Origin: Octopus vulgaris
Lineage: Eukaryota
Assembly: GCA_951406725.2 (NCBI GenBank)
Contig: OX597826.1
Span: 49,538,001 to 49,602,000 of the forward strand
Direction: 5' to 3'
Length of the DNA stretch: 64,000 nt
How positions within the stretch are numbered: the first letter of the stretch is position 1; each line of letters opens with the position of its first letter. The notes below the pieces were generated by a model, which saw only the letters and a program-made list of their open reading frames with translations, searched no databases and was not told where the DNA came from. Of the stretch, positions 1-12,287 are shown one piece after another. A program made the translations under genes and the position numbers.

Positions 1-32
1 CATACATACATACATACATACGTACATACATT

Positions 33-63
<31 letters not shown>

Positions 64-307
64 TCATACATACATACATACATACATACATACATTCATA
101 CATACATACATACATACATACATACATACATACATACATACATACATACATACATACATACATACATACATACATACATACATACATACATACATACATA
201 CATACATACATACATACTCCCTCCCTTCCTGAGCGTCCAATAACACTAGACTTGTTCCACGTCCTCGCGTTGTTGTTTTCTCTATGTGCTTTCATGTTTG
301 GATTAAC

Positions 308-339
<32 letters not shown>

Positions 340-423
340 CATACATACATACATACATACATACATACATACATACATACATACATACATACATACATAC
401 ATACATACATACATACATACATA
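1..423. repeat. (TACA)n microsatellite interrupted at 217-309 by a mini-element fragment
   Basis: Direct reading of the tetranucleotide array; it explains the MYVC/HTYI ORFs. Confidence 0.97.
217..309 (+). mobile_element. 3' part of hammerhead-like mini-element family P
   Basis: CTTCCTGAGCGTCCAATAAC..CTTGTTCCACGTCCTCGCGTTG..TTTGGATTAAC is close to the reverse complement of 17473-17560. Confidence 0.75.
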
Positions 424-821
424 CTGCAGTTGTTGACTTGTAATTCCTACAATGCCGTACCTTTCAGTATATGCAAATTACCGAAACTTTTTCGTGTGAC
501 TGCTCAATATCGTAGCCAATATAATTTCTATAGAGTTATTCAAATATTTTTCCAGTTATTTATTTACTGTGAAACAATACAATGTAAACAAGCAACCATT
601 ACGACAAAAGCCTAATGAAAATTAATGAAAGTTAATTATTGTCTGTTATGTCTAGTACCCACGGGTGGGGAAAGAAATATTAATACTTATCACATGTTTG
701 CTATTTATAGTATATTTCCGTCGATCTACAGAAAACGCCACCCGTTTCGTCATATCGCATAAAATTTACGATGGCCTTCACTACTATATATAGCGGACAT
801 TTGTTTAATATTCCGTTTCTC

Positions 822-880
822 TTCCAGACTGATGAGTGCGGTAGACGTAGGAAAGATTAATTAATTTGTCAAGCGGAATT
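822..880 (+). ncRNA. Degenerate type I hammerhead-ribozyme-like motif (Penelope-type)
   Basis: CTGATGA-GTGCG-GTAGA-CGTAG-GAAA..GTC; core boxes present, stems II and III mismatched. Confidence 0.35.
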
Positions 881-1136
881 TTAATTAGGTATATATCTTA
901 ATATCTGTGGGTAGAGCAGGTGTTGTTCTTCAGTATATTTATATGTAAAACTGCTTACATACAGACACATATACATACACATACACAAGTATATACACAT
1001 GCATAACAAAAACACGCGCGTATATACAGGTACGTTTGAATTAACAATCATTATTGTAGAGTTTATTCATTTGTTAAAAGCTAAGCTTGTCGTTGCCGAG
1101 TTGCACAAAGGTTGCATACATGCAAACGTACATAAT

Positions 1137-1517
1137 CTGGCGCTCCGTCGGTTACGACGACGAGGGCTCCAGTTGATCCGATCAACGGAACAGCCTGCTC
1201 GTGCAATTAACGTGCAAGCGGCTGAGCACTCCGCAGACACGTGTATCCTTAACGTAGTTCTCGGGGAGATTCAGCGTGACACAGAGTGTGACAAGGCTGG
1301 CCCTTTGAAATACAGGTACAACAGAAACAGGAAGAAGGAGTGAGAGAAAGTTGTGGTGAATGAGTACAGCAGGGTTCACCACCACCCCCTGCTGGAGCCT
1401 CGTGGAGTTTTAGGTGTTTTCGCTCAATAAATACTCGCAACGCCCGGTCTGGGAATCGAAACCGCGATCCTACGACCGCGAGTCCGCTGCCTTAACCACT
1501 GGGCCATTGCGCCTCCA
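1137..1517 (-). mobile_element. tRNA-derived SINE family C, full length
   Basis: Minus-strand head TGGAGGCGCAATGGCCCAGTGG (A box) ... GGTTTCGATTCCC (B box); related heads end at 21795 and start at 36317. Confidence 0.9.
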
Positions 1518-1531
1518 CATACGTACATTAA

Positions 1532-1853
1532 GGCTGCCCCCTCGTTATCGAGTATGGCCATTGCACGAAGCTTAACTGTTACTGGTGTTGTGTTCGAATG
1601 TGACTTTTTAGCCCAGCTAAAGATCTACAATGTCTTGTACAAAATTGGCAACTAAAACCTTTACTGGTAATAGCCGGCTGTAGTTGTAACTGGGCTTCAT
1701 GTACCTTTGCATGTCGTTTAAGTCCTTCTGCCGAATTACACTCTCTTCCACATGCCCGACAGATATGATTAGTATGGTGTGTTACACCACCACCAGTGGT
1801 CAGGTTGTCACTCATCTGTCTCGTTTTATGACTACGAAGATGACTCATGAGTC
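1532..1853 (-). mobile_element. 3' end of RTE-like non-LTR retrotransposon with tandem C2H2 fingers
   Basis: ORF 1579-1848: SHLRSH..CRACGRECNSAEGLKRHAKVH..CQFCTRHCRSLAGLKSHIRTQH, resembling the CxxCxRxCxSxxGLxSH end of RTE ORFs; short 3' UTR; second copy at 48506-48745. Confidence 0.75.
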
Positions 1854-1877
1854 ACATACATCATATACATACGTACA

Positions 1878-1909
<32 letters not shown>

Positions 1910-1939
1910 CATACATACATACATACATACATACATACA

Positions 1940-1972
<33 letters not shown>

Positions 1973-2013
1973 GTGTGTGAGTGGGTGTGCATGCATGTAT
2001 ATATATATATATA

Positions 2014-2167
2014 TTTGAAATAGAGGTACTACGCATTTCTGCTACCTGGGTGGACTGGAGCAACGTGAAATAAAGTGTCTTGCTCAAGGACACAACGCGT
2101 CGCCGAGAATTGAACTCATGACCTAACTCATGACCGAATGTCCTAACCACTAAGCCATGCGCCTTCA
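2014..2167 (-). mobile_element. tRNA-derived SINE family D, 3' truncated
   Basis: Head TGAAGGCGCATGGCTTAGTGG, B box GAGTTCAATTCTC, body GTGTCCTTGAGCAAGACACTTTATTTCACGTTGCTCCAGTCCAC shared with 53048-53290. Confidence 0.85.
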
Positions 2168-2189
2168 CTTCATATATATATACACACAC

Positions 2190-2220
<31 letters not shown>

Positions 2221-2452
2221 CGCACACACACACATACACACATATATACACACATATATACACACATACATATAAGCATATTATATATATGCAGCTATGT
2301 ATATATATACGTAAATATATATTTGTTTATATATATATATATACACGTGTAACACGCACGCATATGTGTGTGTGTGTGTGTGTTCATATCTGAGTGTAAG
2401 AGTGTATGTATATATATTTTTATATGTAAGTACATATGCGTATGTATATATA

Positions 2453-2519
<67 letters not shown>

Positions 2520-3049
2520 TATATATTTATATTTACACACATACACACACACACATACACGCACACGCACACACATACACGCACACGCACACACATAAGA
2601 CCCTCTACTTTATCCAACAACACCTCTTAAAACCTATAATAGTAATAATATAAATTACATTTACTGCCCTCTAATATTTCACAAAGCTATTTCAAGAAGT
2701 TCGTTTCAATTTACATCTGGCACCTCTCTGCAGATGAACGTTGATATACGAAACACATAACATATGTACGCGGTAGATTAGCTGCAACATCCGACCGCTG
2801 CCTCAGCGCGACTACCTGATACATTTCCACATAATATGCAATGATTCCCAACACCAGGACCTTTACGGTGCTTCAAGTCAATTGACCTGAGCAGTTCAAT
2901 TTATTATATGATAGCAATACTTAGCAGGACATGTACTTCGCTTCTGGTCCACGAGAAAAGGGCTAGGCGGGTCGCTGAAACTATTTTGTCAGGGACCTTC
3001 TTCCACCTTCAATAGAAAACCAAGTCCCAAAGTCCCTTGACCTAAAATG

Positions 3050-3146
3050 GGTTCAAATTTTGGCAGAGGGCCAGCATTTTTAGGGGAAGGTGCATGTTGA
3101 TTGCATCAAACCAAATGTTAGACTGGTATTTATTTTATCGCCCCTA

Positions 3147-3201
<55 letters not shown>

Positions 3202-3490
3202 CACACACACACACACACATACACGCACACATACACACACACACATACACACTCACACACAAAATAAAATTGAAAGGCAAGGTCGAACGTAAAGCTAAAC
3301 ACGTAAGCCCAATGTCCCAAGACCCTTAAATGGTTTCAAATTTTGGAAGATGGTCAGAAGTTTTAGAAGAGATTGCATGACGATTAGGGGAGATTGCATG
3401 GCAATTTCATCGACCCGAATTCTTCGACGAGTATTTATTTTATTGACCCCAAAAGTGGAAGGAAAAGTCGACCTCAAATTCAGAAGACAT
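3050..3490 (-). mobile_element. Two decayed SINE-A fragments split by (CA)n
   Basis: Remnants such as GGTATTTATTTTATCGCCCC, GAAAGGCAAGGTCGA and AAAAGTCGACCTC. Confidence 0.6.
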
Positions 3491-3530
3491 TTATGTATAT
3501 GTATGCATATATATATATATATATATATAT

Positions 3531-3626
3531 AGTAGAAGACATTTGCCCGAGGTGCCACGCAGTGGGACTGAATCCGGGAATATGTTGTTGGGAAGCAAGC
3601 TTCTTACCACACAGCCACGCCTGCGC
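3531..3626 (-). mobile_element. SINE family B head fragment between (TA)n runs
   Basis: Reverse complement GCGCAGGCGTGGCTGTGTGGTAAGAAGCTTGC..TTCAGTCCCACTGCGTGGCACC. Confidence 0.85.
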
Positions 3627-3651
3627 ATATATATATATATATATATATATA

Positions 3652-4021
3652 TCTCTATATAAACGGCAGTTTGTCTGTGCGTGTTTCTGTGTGTCTGTTT
3701 TCTCGTACCCTCACTCTGACCACGGCTTTCAACCGATTCTGATGAAACTTGACACACACATAGCCCAATGTCATAATTCAAAACTAACGCAGCGAAAATT
3801 TTGAAAAGTTCCCCCAGTTCTGAAAAAAATCGATAAATTCGACATGGGGTCGAGAATGAGAAACCCAAACCACAGACCGTCTAGGGGACGCAACTCCACC
3901 TGTTTTAACTCTCAAAAAAAATTTACCATCATTTTTTTTCTATTTTTTGGCTATAACTCTCTAAAAATGCTTTATAGTTATTTCCCTTACAAACCTGAGC
4001 AACGCCGGGCGATACTGCTAG
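3652..4021 (+). mobile_element. Non-autonomous Helitron (370 bp)
   Basis: 5' TC(TCTATATAAAC), subterminal GC-rich motif CCTGAGCAACGCCGGG, 3' CTAG, inserted between A and T without a TSD. Confidence 0.88.
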
Positions 4022-4049
4022 TATATATATATATATATATATACATATA

Positions 4050-4233
4050 TAACAAAAGTATTAAGGAATGACCCTGACAGGTCGTTCAACTCACTTGAAA
4101 AGAGCAGCTAAACTCAAACCGCAAAAATAGTAGTAATTCTGAAAACTAAAGGAGAAATAAAAACCTGACAGGTCGTTCAACTTTTCAAGTGAGTTGAACG
4201 ACCTGTCAGGGTCATTCCTTCATACTTTTGTTG
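4050..4233. repeat. Inverted repeat with ~53-63 bp arms plus an internal 18-bp direct copy
   Basis: 4181-4233 is the near-perfect reverse complement of 4051-4112; CCTGACAGGTCGTTCAAC also occurs at 4164. Confidence 0.9.
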
Positions 4234-4357
4234 AATATATTATATAGTCTGTGACTATTTCTATTTTCTCACTTGACCGCTGGTTGCAGAAAATTTTTCT
4301 TGAATTTTTCTTGAATTTTTTTGCTACCCTTATATTGATTATATATATATATATATA

Positions 4358-4753
4358 CTAGCAGTATCGCCCGGCGTTGCTCGGGTTTGTAAGGGAAATA
4401 AATATATAAGCATTTTTAGAGAGTTATAGCCAAAAAATAGCAAAAAAATGCATTAAAAATTGAAAAAAAATGAAGGCAAATTTTCTTTTAAATCGTTGAC
4501 ACATCGTAGATATTTTTAGAGAGTTACTTCCCTTATATAATAGCGAAAAAAATGCATAAAAATGGAAAAATACGATGGTAAATTTTTTTTAAATCGTAGA
4601 CACATCGTAGACGCACGCTAATACCCAGAAGGGCTCGATATGAATGACGACTAAAAGATACCCGCTTTTGGTTAAACTGCACCGCAAAATGTGGGAGTAG
4701 TTAGGAATCTAAATCGTAGGAGACAGACACACAACTTGACTTTTATATAAAGA
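4358..4753 (-). mobile_element. Non-autonomous Helitron
   Basis: Minus strand 5' TCTTTATATAAAAG; 3' CCCGAGCAACGCCGGGCGATACTGCTAG; A|T target; 3' ~90 bp shared with 3652-4021. Confidence 0.88.
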
Positions 4754-4754
4754 T

Positions 4755-5918
4755 GCTTTTTTTTTTCAGTCATAGAGTTAGATTTATGAAGGTCTTCAGT
4801 AGAAAATCCTTCGAATTCTGACTCGCTGCTTGATATAATGAAATTCGTATCCATTTTTTGTCAGAATTACAAATTTCGAAAACACAATAGGAACAAATTT
4901 CGGAAAAAAATCTCCCATAATTCGCGGAATTAAAATTACACTTCGATTTTTGTACAAAACTGTAGTTGAAGTGTTTACGAAGTATAATACGTGTTTTCAC
5001 GAATGTACTAAAGAGATTTGCTCTGATATTCTCATTTAAATATGAATAGGTAAATTCGGGCGGCTTGGTAACTATATATAAGTGTCGTCTGTTTATACAT
5101 AAACACTGTTTCATACTGCAATTATATATACATATATCTATATATAATATTATATAATAAAATATATACAGAGTAAAATAAAAACCAATTTACCTTTTCT
5201 GTCCGTCCGTGTGTCTTTGCAAATGTGTTGGAATGATAAGTGAGTTGAGTTTTGGCGCCTTTTTTACTAATAACAAACACACACGTGTTTGTATGTAGTT
5301 GTATGTGTATGTAGTTGTATGTAGTTGTATATGTATGTGTATGCGTGTGTGTGAGGAATGAGACACACACACTCACGCACGCACACATGTACATCAATGT
5401 TTTCGGAGTGATATGTTAAAATATTGAGTTTTCTCGAATTTTGTCTTAATTGGTGGTAAAATTGAAAGAAATTTTTTATGGCATCACCCACTGAAGTACT
5501 CTGAAAAATCTTAGGTAAACTCTAATTGAAGAAATTGTGTGAGGATTAAATCGTTATGTATTTATTTGTTTCTGTTTGCTGTGTTTCTTTATTTTTTGAG
5601 TAGTGGTTTAAATACTTTCAGTTTAGTCTTGCTCAAATCACTCTGTCGCTATTTACTTTCATTTTATTCGTTGCCCACTGTGTGTGTGCGTTTGCGTGTG
5701 GTGTAAACCAGACTAAGAAAAGCATTTGACACACACACCAGAATGTGAGTTTTCTGTAAATTTTGCTTAATTGGAGTTTAAATTTTAAAAACTGGACCTG
5801 GCATGACGCGATGCATTGTACTCTAAAAAATGCTAGGTAAATTGTAATTGAAGAAATCCTATATTGTAGATTTGTATAACTCCCAAAGGGAGGCAGATAA
5901 AATCTGCCTTTTATAATA

Positions 5919-5923
<5 letters not shown>
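4755..5923 (-). mobile_element. 5' arm of a longer Helitron family (3' end not identified)
   Basis: Minus strand starts TCTCTTATTATAAAAGGCAGATTTTATCTGCCTCC; 5380-5923 closely matches 38148-38914 apart from indels. Confidence 0.7.
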
Positions 5924-5966
<43 letters not shown>

Positions 5967-5969
<3 letters not shown>

Positions 5970-6052
5970 CTTAAAATCCACACTTTATGCGAACTCTTTA
6001 GCTAGCCCCTGAGGCCCAAAACTAAAAAGAGTTAAACAACATTTCTATAATA
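5967..6052. repeat. Unclassified dispersed repeat end abutting (TA)n
   Basis: CAGCTTAAAATCCAC..AACTCTTTAGCTAG..GGCCCAAAACTAAA..CATTTCTA recurs at 10966-11052. Confidence 0.75.
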
Positions 6053-6206
6053 TATCCTGGAAAAACACTATCCGAATTGCAAAGAATATCTCCGACGCGC
6101 AAAGCAGAATCTTTCACTTGTATCCAACTCCACATTTGACACACTAAGTAAATTACCACCAAAATCATCTTTTTTCCACTCTTTCAGGCCCGCTCCAACA
6201 TACCCC

Positions 6207-6207
<1 letters not shown>

Positions 6208-6276
<69 letters not shown>

Positions 6277-6373
6277 CTGGTGGTGCTGGTGGTGGTGGTG
6301 CTGGTGGTGGTGGTAGTAGTAGTTGTAGTAGTAGTAGTGGTGGTGGTGGTGGTATTAGTATTAGTATTAGTAT

Positions 6374-6407
<34 letters not shown>

Positions 6408-6408
6408 T
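6208..6408. repeat. Compound (AGT)n/(GGT)n microsatellite
   Basis: Direct reading. Confidence 0.95.
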
Positions 6409-6550
6409 AGTTATTTAGTCCTTATTTCAACCCAGAGATTTATCTTCTTAAGTATACTGTGTCTTCACCTAGCACAAGATAATACTACACTCTCTGGTCT
6501 TGCGTACTGTGTGCAGTGTGACAGATGGACATATAACTGACTCTCTCTCT

Positions 6551-6596
<46 letters not shown>

Positions 6597-6967
6597 TTCT
6601 CGCTCTCTCCCCTCTCTCTTTCTCTCTCTCTTTCTTCCTTTCTTCACTGTCCACTGTAAGACTATAAATTCTGACTGTGCCGTTATTGCAGGAATACTCG
6701 GTGCCCTCGATCAAAGCACTTCAGTTTTTATTTAGATGTACCGGCATTTAGTCTTTGCGATTGTGTTGGCAGTAGTTATGGTGATGGTGTTATTTAATGT
6801 AGTAGCGTTGTTGTGTTGCTGTGGTAGTGTTCTCGGTTCATTGAGAGGACGCTAGATATTCAGCGACAGAAAGAATTTTCTCAAACTAAATATATAACCT
6901 AAATGCATTAGCCTCTGCCCATCGTTGCATTCCTACTACCATCATCACGACCACCACCATCAATACC

Positions 6968-7379
6968 TATTTCTTTATTACCCACAAGGGGCTAAACACA
7001 GAGGGGACAAACAAGGACAGACACACGGATTAAGTCGATTACATCGACCCCAGTGCATAACTGGTACTTATGTAATCGACCCCGAAAGGATGAAAGGCAA
7101 AGTCGACCCCGGCGGTATTTGAACTCAGAACGTAACGACAGACGAAATACCTATTTCTTTATTACCCACAAGGGGTTAAACACAGAGGGGACAAACAAGG
7201 ACAGACACACGGATTAAGTCGATTACATCGACCCCAGTGCATAACTGGTACTTATTTAATCGACCCCGAAAGGATGAAAGGCAAAGTCGACCGCGGCGGA
7301 ATTTGAACTCAGAACGTAACGACAGACGAAATACCGCTACGCATTTCGCCCGGCGTGCTAACGTTTCTACCGGCTCACC
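6968..7379 (-). mobile_element. SINE family A, two nested or tandem young copies
   Basis: Body GTCGACTTTGCCTTTCATCCTTTCGGGGTCGAT (resembles a Nin/Deu-type domain) and tail CCCCTTGTGGGTAATAAAGAAATA each occur twice; junction near 7150. Confidence 0.92.
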
Positions 7380-8098
7380 ACCATCAATACCATCACCTCT
7401 GCCACCACTACCGTCACCACCACCACTTTCACCATTATCCCCATCAGCACTACCACCGCCGTCACTACAGCCAAAGACATCACCACCACCACCACCATCA
7501 CTGCCATTACAAGCATCACCATCACTACCATCACCAACACCAACACTATCGCCACCATTACCAGGAATACCACCAAGATTTCAGAAGCACCAAGAAGCCT
7601 TGCTTTGGAACTAAGGAATTTCCTCAGTGGAAATCCAGGTAGCGTCAACTTTGGTCTTCAAATATTGTAGTTTGTGGGTGGTACTATGGTCAGGCCGTGT
7701 TTTGCTAGCATTCCCTTAGTTTCTTCATTATCAACTTCAAAACATTAAGATGGCTCCCTCTGGCCTGTTCATCCCTTCTCAAAAGAATACTTTAGTAAAT
7801 TCGGCGTGGGTGGGATACAGGTACCCTGACCGTAAAGCTGAACTTTTGTGGCAAAAAGAAATAGTGCGTGTGTGAGTGTGTAAGAGAGAGAGAGAAGCTT
7901 TTAAGTCCTACCCTCTTATCCATATCATCCGATGCGACATTATGAGGATACCTGATGGTTATTAACTACAACAACAACAACTACTACTACAATGATAAGA
8001 GCAAAATAAAATTCAACAAAGAAAAACAAAGATAAAATCTTCAACAAAGTCACCAACAAAACTTATGGATATGCATAGATAGAGATAGATAGAGATAG

Positions 8099-8153
<55 letters not shown>

Positions 8154-8470
8154 GAGAGACAGACAGACAGACAGATAGATACATACATACAAACATACAT
8201 ACGTACCTACATGCATACAGAAACATACAGAGAGAGATACGGGAGACATATATATATATTTATATACACATACATACATATATATACATATTTTACGTAT
8301 GCATACATATATACACAAATGCATATGTGTGTGTGTGTGTACCTCAGAGGGAACGAGAGAGAGATAAAAGTATATAAGTATATATGCATATACATACATA
8401 CACACACACACACATACACACACACACACATACACACACACACATACACACACACACACATACACACACA

Positions 8471-8522
<52 letters not shown>

Positions 8523-9019
8523 GGGTTAAACTTGAAAGTCCCCTTGCGTACTCACCCACCAGCTGGCGTTATGAGTGATCAGTTGAAAGGTTTGGAAACT
8601 TGCTTAAAAACATCCAATGGTTATCACCGTTTCTTGCTGGGTCTTGAGGGACCTGTTTTTCCTATTTATCTTTTTTTATTTATTTATTACTGTTTATTTA
8701 TTTATTTTCGTCACAACAGGTGAGATTTGAACTCAGAACGACCGAACCCGAGAACGATAAGGCAAGGCACCCTAGTTCGACGCTTTAATATACCTCTTAC
8801 TCAATGAACTGAACTTGAACTTCAGTTATTGATCACGAAAGGATAAGGATGAAAGGTTATAGTCGACCTCAAACGGCATTTGAGCCCAAAGTACAGCGTC
8901 CTTGAATAAATACCACGTGTGCGTGCAAGTGTATGTGTGTGAGTGTGTGTGTGTGTGTGTGTGTATAGTCTAAAACATATATAATATGAATAATATGCAC
9001 ATAAACACACACAGACATA

Positions 9020-9144
9020 GAGGCGTGGCCTCGTGGTAAGAAGCTTGCTTCCCAATCACATGATTCCAGGTTCAGTCCCACTGCGTGGCACATTTGGCGA
9101 GTCTTGTGAGTGGATTTGGAAGACGGAAACAAAACAAAGCCCGT

Positions 9145-9230
<86 letters not shown>

Positions 9231-9460
9231 CATACACACATATATACATATATACACGTGTGTGTGTGTGTCTTTGTGTCTTGACAACCGATATTGGTGT
9301 TTATGTCCCTGTAACTTTGCTGTTCGGCATAAGAGCCCGATAGGATAAATATTAGGATCAAGAAATAAGTCCTGGGTCGATTTACTCGACTAAAACCCCT
9401 CAACACGATGCACCAGCATGGCCACAGTCAAATGCTTGAAACAAGTAAAAGAGGAAAAGA
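9020..9460 (+). mobile_element. SINE family B with internal (TA)n(TG)n
   Basis: Head GGCGTGGCCTCGTGGTAAG..GGTTCAGTCCC; tail CAGCATGGCCACAGTCAAATG..AAACAAGTAAAAGAG. Confidence 0.9.
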
Positions 9461-9584
9461 ATAAATAAATAAATAAATATATGCATATTCTTTTATTCTT
9501 TTATTTGTTTTTATTGTTTCAACACACACGCGCGCACTGACACAGACACACACACACATATAGGGTGGTCAAAAGGTACGCACA

Positions 9585-10145
9585 GAATAAGTTCCGGGGT
9601 CGATTTGTTCGGCTAAAGGCAGTGCTCAGCATGGCCGCAGTCAAATGACTGAAAGAAGTAAAAGAATATATATATTCTCTCTTTTACTCTTTTACTTGTT
9701 TCAGTCATTTGACTGCGGCCATGCTGGAGCACCGCCTTTAGTCGAGCAAATCGACCCCGGGACTTATTCTTTGTAAGCCCAGTACATATTCTATCGGTCT
9801 CTTTTTGCCGAACCGCTAAGTGACTTCACTTTACTTTAGTTCGTTCTTTTTTTACTCTTCTTTCCTTATCCTACACCTCACGATACTCCCTATGATATTT
9901 TTCCATGCTTGAGCACCGCGTTTTTAGTCGAACAAATCGACCCTAGGACTTATTCTTCGTAAGCCTAGTACTTATTCTATCGGATCTCTTTGCCGAACCG
10001 CTAATTTACGGGGACGTAAACACACTAACAGCAGTAGTCAGGCGATGGCGGAGGAGGACAAACAGAGACACAAACAGATACATACATCTATATATATACG
10101 ACGCGCTTCTTGCAGTTTCCGTGTACCAAATCCACTCACAAGACT
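9585..10145. mobile_element. Cluster of SINE-B pieces: + tail 9585-9666, - tail 9676-9825, - body 9905-10145
   Basis: Matches to the 3' half of the full copy at 43030-43498 in both orientations. Confidence 0.88.
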
Positions 10146-10230
10146 TTATATATATATACACACGCTCATTCACACACACACATACACACACACATTCATT
10201 CACACACACACACGCACTGACACACACATA

Positions 10231-10453
10231 TAGGGTGGTCAAATGGTACGCGCAAAAATATGTTTAATACGCCCGGGAATTGTCTAAGACATGTTACAAT
10301 TTCTCCAGAAATTGAATAGATTAAATAAAATAATGATGAATATACATGCACTTGTATACGATAAACAAAATGAATAATAATAATAATAATAATAATAACA
10401 TAATATAAATAAAATGTAAAATGTTATGGTGCATGACCTTTTGACCCACCGTG
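10231..10453. mobile_element. Decayed Tc1/mariner-like MITE
   Basis: Imperfect TIRs TAGGGTGGTCAAATGGT and ACCTTTTGACCCACCGTG (CAGGGTG-type ends), TA on the left, AT-rich interior. Confidence 0.55.
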
Positions 10454-10566
10454 CATATATACATTTACATTAATATATATGCAAACAGAATATCATTACT
10501 AATGAGAAAACAAGACGTGTGTGCGGGATGAAATTCAGAAGACATGTATTTATATGTATATATATG

Positions 10567-10677
<111 letters not shown>

Positions 10678-10689
10678 TATATATATATC

Positions 10690-10849
10690 ACGACGGGTTT
10701 CTTTCAGTTTCCGTCTACCAAATCTACTTACAAGGTTTTAGTCGACCCGTGGCTTTAGTAGGATACACTTGCCTCAAGGTACCACGTAGTTGGGACTGAA
10801 CCGGAAACATGTTACTGGAAAGCAAGCTTCTTACCACACAGCAACGCCT

Positions 10850-10853
<4 letters not shown>
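10690..10853 (-). mobile_element. SINE family B 5' half
   Basis: Head to GGTAGACGGAAACTGAAAGAAACCCGTCG, bounded by (TA)n. Confidence 0.88.
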
Positions 10854-10902
<49 letters not shown>

Positions 10903-10919
10903 AATGCATTAATGCATAT

Positions 10920-10966
<47 letters not shown>

Positions 10967-11059
10967 AGCTTAAAATCCACAATCCATGCAAACTCTTTAG
11001 CTAGGCCCTGCGGCCCAAAACTAAAGAGAGCTAAACAGCATTTCTACAATATGTCTATA

Positions 11060-11481
11060 ATGACTATATGCGTCGGTGGTGTTTCATCAGGGGTTAAGGA
11101 CGGATGAGAATTAATTCTGTAATGCAATCATTCTATTGTTCCAGTCCCAAGCTGAATTCCCAAGTTGAATTCCAACTATTGGCCAATTTGTCCCAAAGTT
11201 TTGATTTCGACGTAAAATTAACGAAGTGAATATCATTTATTTCCTCCTTCATCTGCGATATCATCTGACAAAAGCCAAGCTTTACGTGCTAGAAATAGTA
11301 ACGCAAATGCTTTTAAATCAGATTCCAATACTGGATGGTGCAGGAACAAATTCAGGGCAAATTTTCAATCCCTGGATCATCCTGATTCCGAAAAGGTATA
11401 ATATGTCTATGTAGAGCAAATGTAGAATAAGATACAGGGGTCCCAGACGGACAGACAGAAATTCGCTTTTATTATTATAGA
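11060..11481 (-). mobile_element. Probable Helitron 5' fragment
   Basis: Minus strand starts A|TCTATAATAATAAAAGCGAATTTCTGTCTGTCCG, the same style as the other Helitron 5' ends; left boundary uncertain. Confidence 0.5.
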
Positions 11482-11671
11482 TACATATATAAACAATATA
11501 GTGAATATAGACATTATTTTATTATCATTCTTATATACATTTCAGCCATGAAGTTGCGGTCATGCTAGAGCATATATATATACACACACAAACACACACT
11601 GTATACATACGAATTTATGTAGTTTCATATATATTTATATATATGTATATATATATATATATACATAAAGA

Positions 11672-11709
<38 letters not shown>

Positions 11710-12070
11710 TAACAATTTAGGATTGCTGGGAATTTTTTTTCTGGGAATTTATATTATGGAAGCCTTATCTGAAAATAAAAACAAAAACAAAGAAAACAGA
11801 AACTAGAAAACAACAATAACAAGAGCAACAATATCAATAACAAAAACAACAACAACAGCGACAACAACAATCCGTTTCTTTTTCTTTCTCTTTTTCTTTT
11901 CTTTTTTTCTTTGCACTTGACGGTCTGTTGGCTGCACACGAGAGACCATATTTAACTTCGAAAATATATAATCAGATTTATGATAATAAACCTTGATAAG
12001 TTAGGCCCATCACTGTAGTAGCAATCTCTGTTTTCTTCTCCCTTTCTTTTCTTTATTAAGCCATTTATCT

Positions 12071-12104
<34 letters not shown>

Positions 12105-12197
12105 TCATATATATATATATATACTTACATGTGACATACATATATGAATATTATATACATAGATATAGATATGGATATATTTATCTATCTATCTATA

Positions 12198-12235
<38 letters not shown>

Positions 12236-12236
12236 G

Positions 12237-12287
<51 letters not shown>

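Noticed and set aside
1440-1517. tRNA genes at SINE heads (also at 2167, 21795, 36317 and 43030)
   Set aside because: The A and B boxes run straight into SINE bodies, and I see no acceptor stem closure or terminator.
1579-1848. Host C2H2 zinc-finger gene exon
   Set aside because: It lacks TGEKP-type linkers, occurs as two 5'-truncated near-identical copies and ends in a short UTR plus repeat tail, which fits a LINE 3' end.
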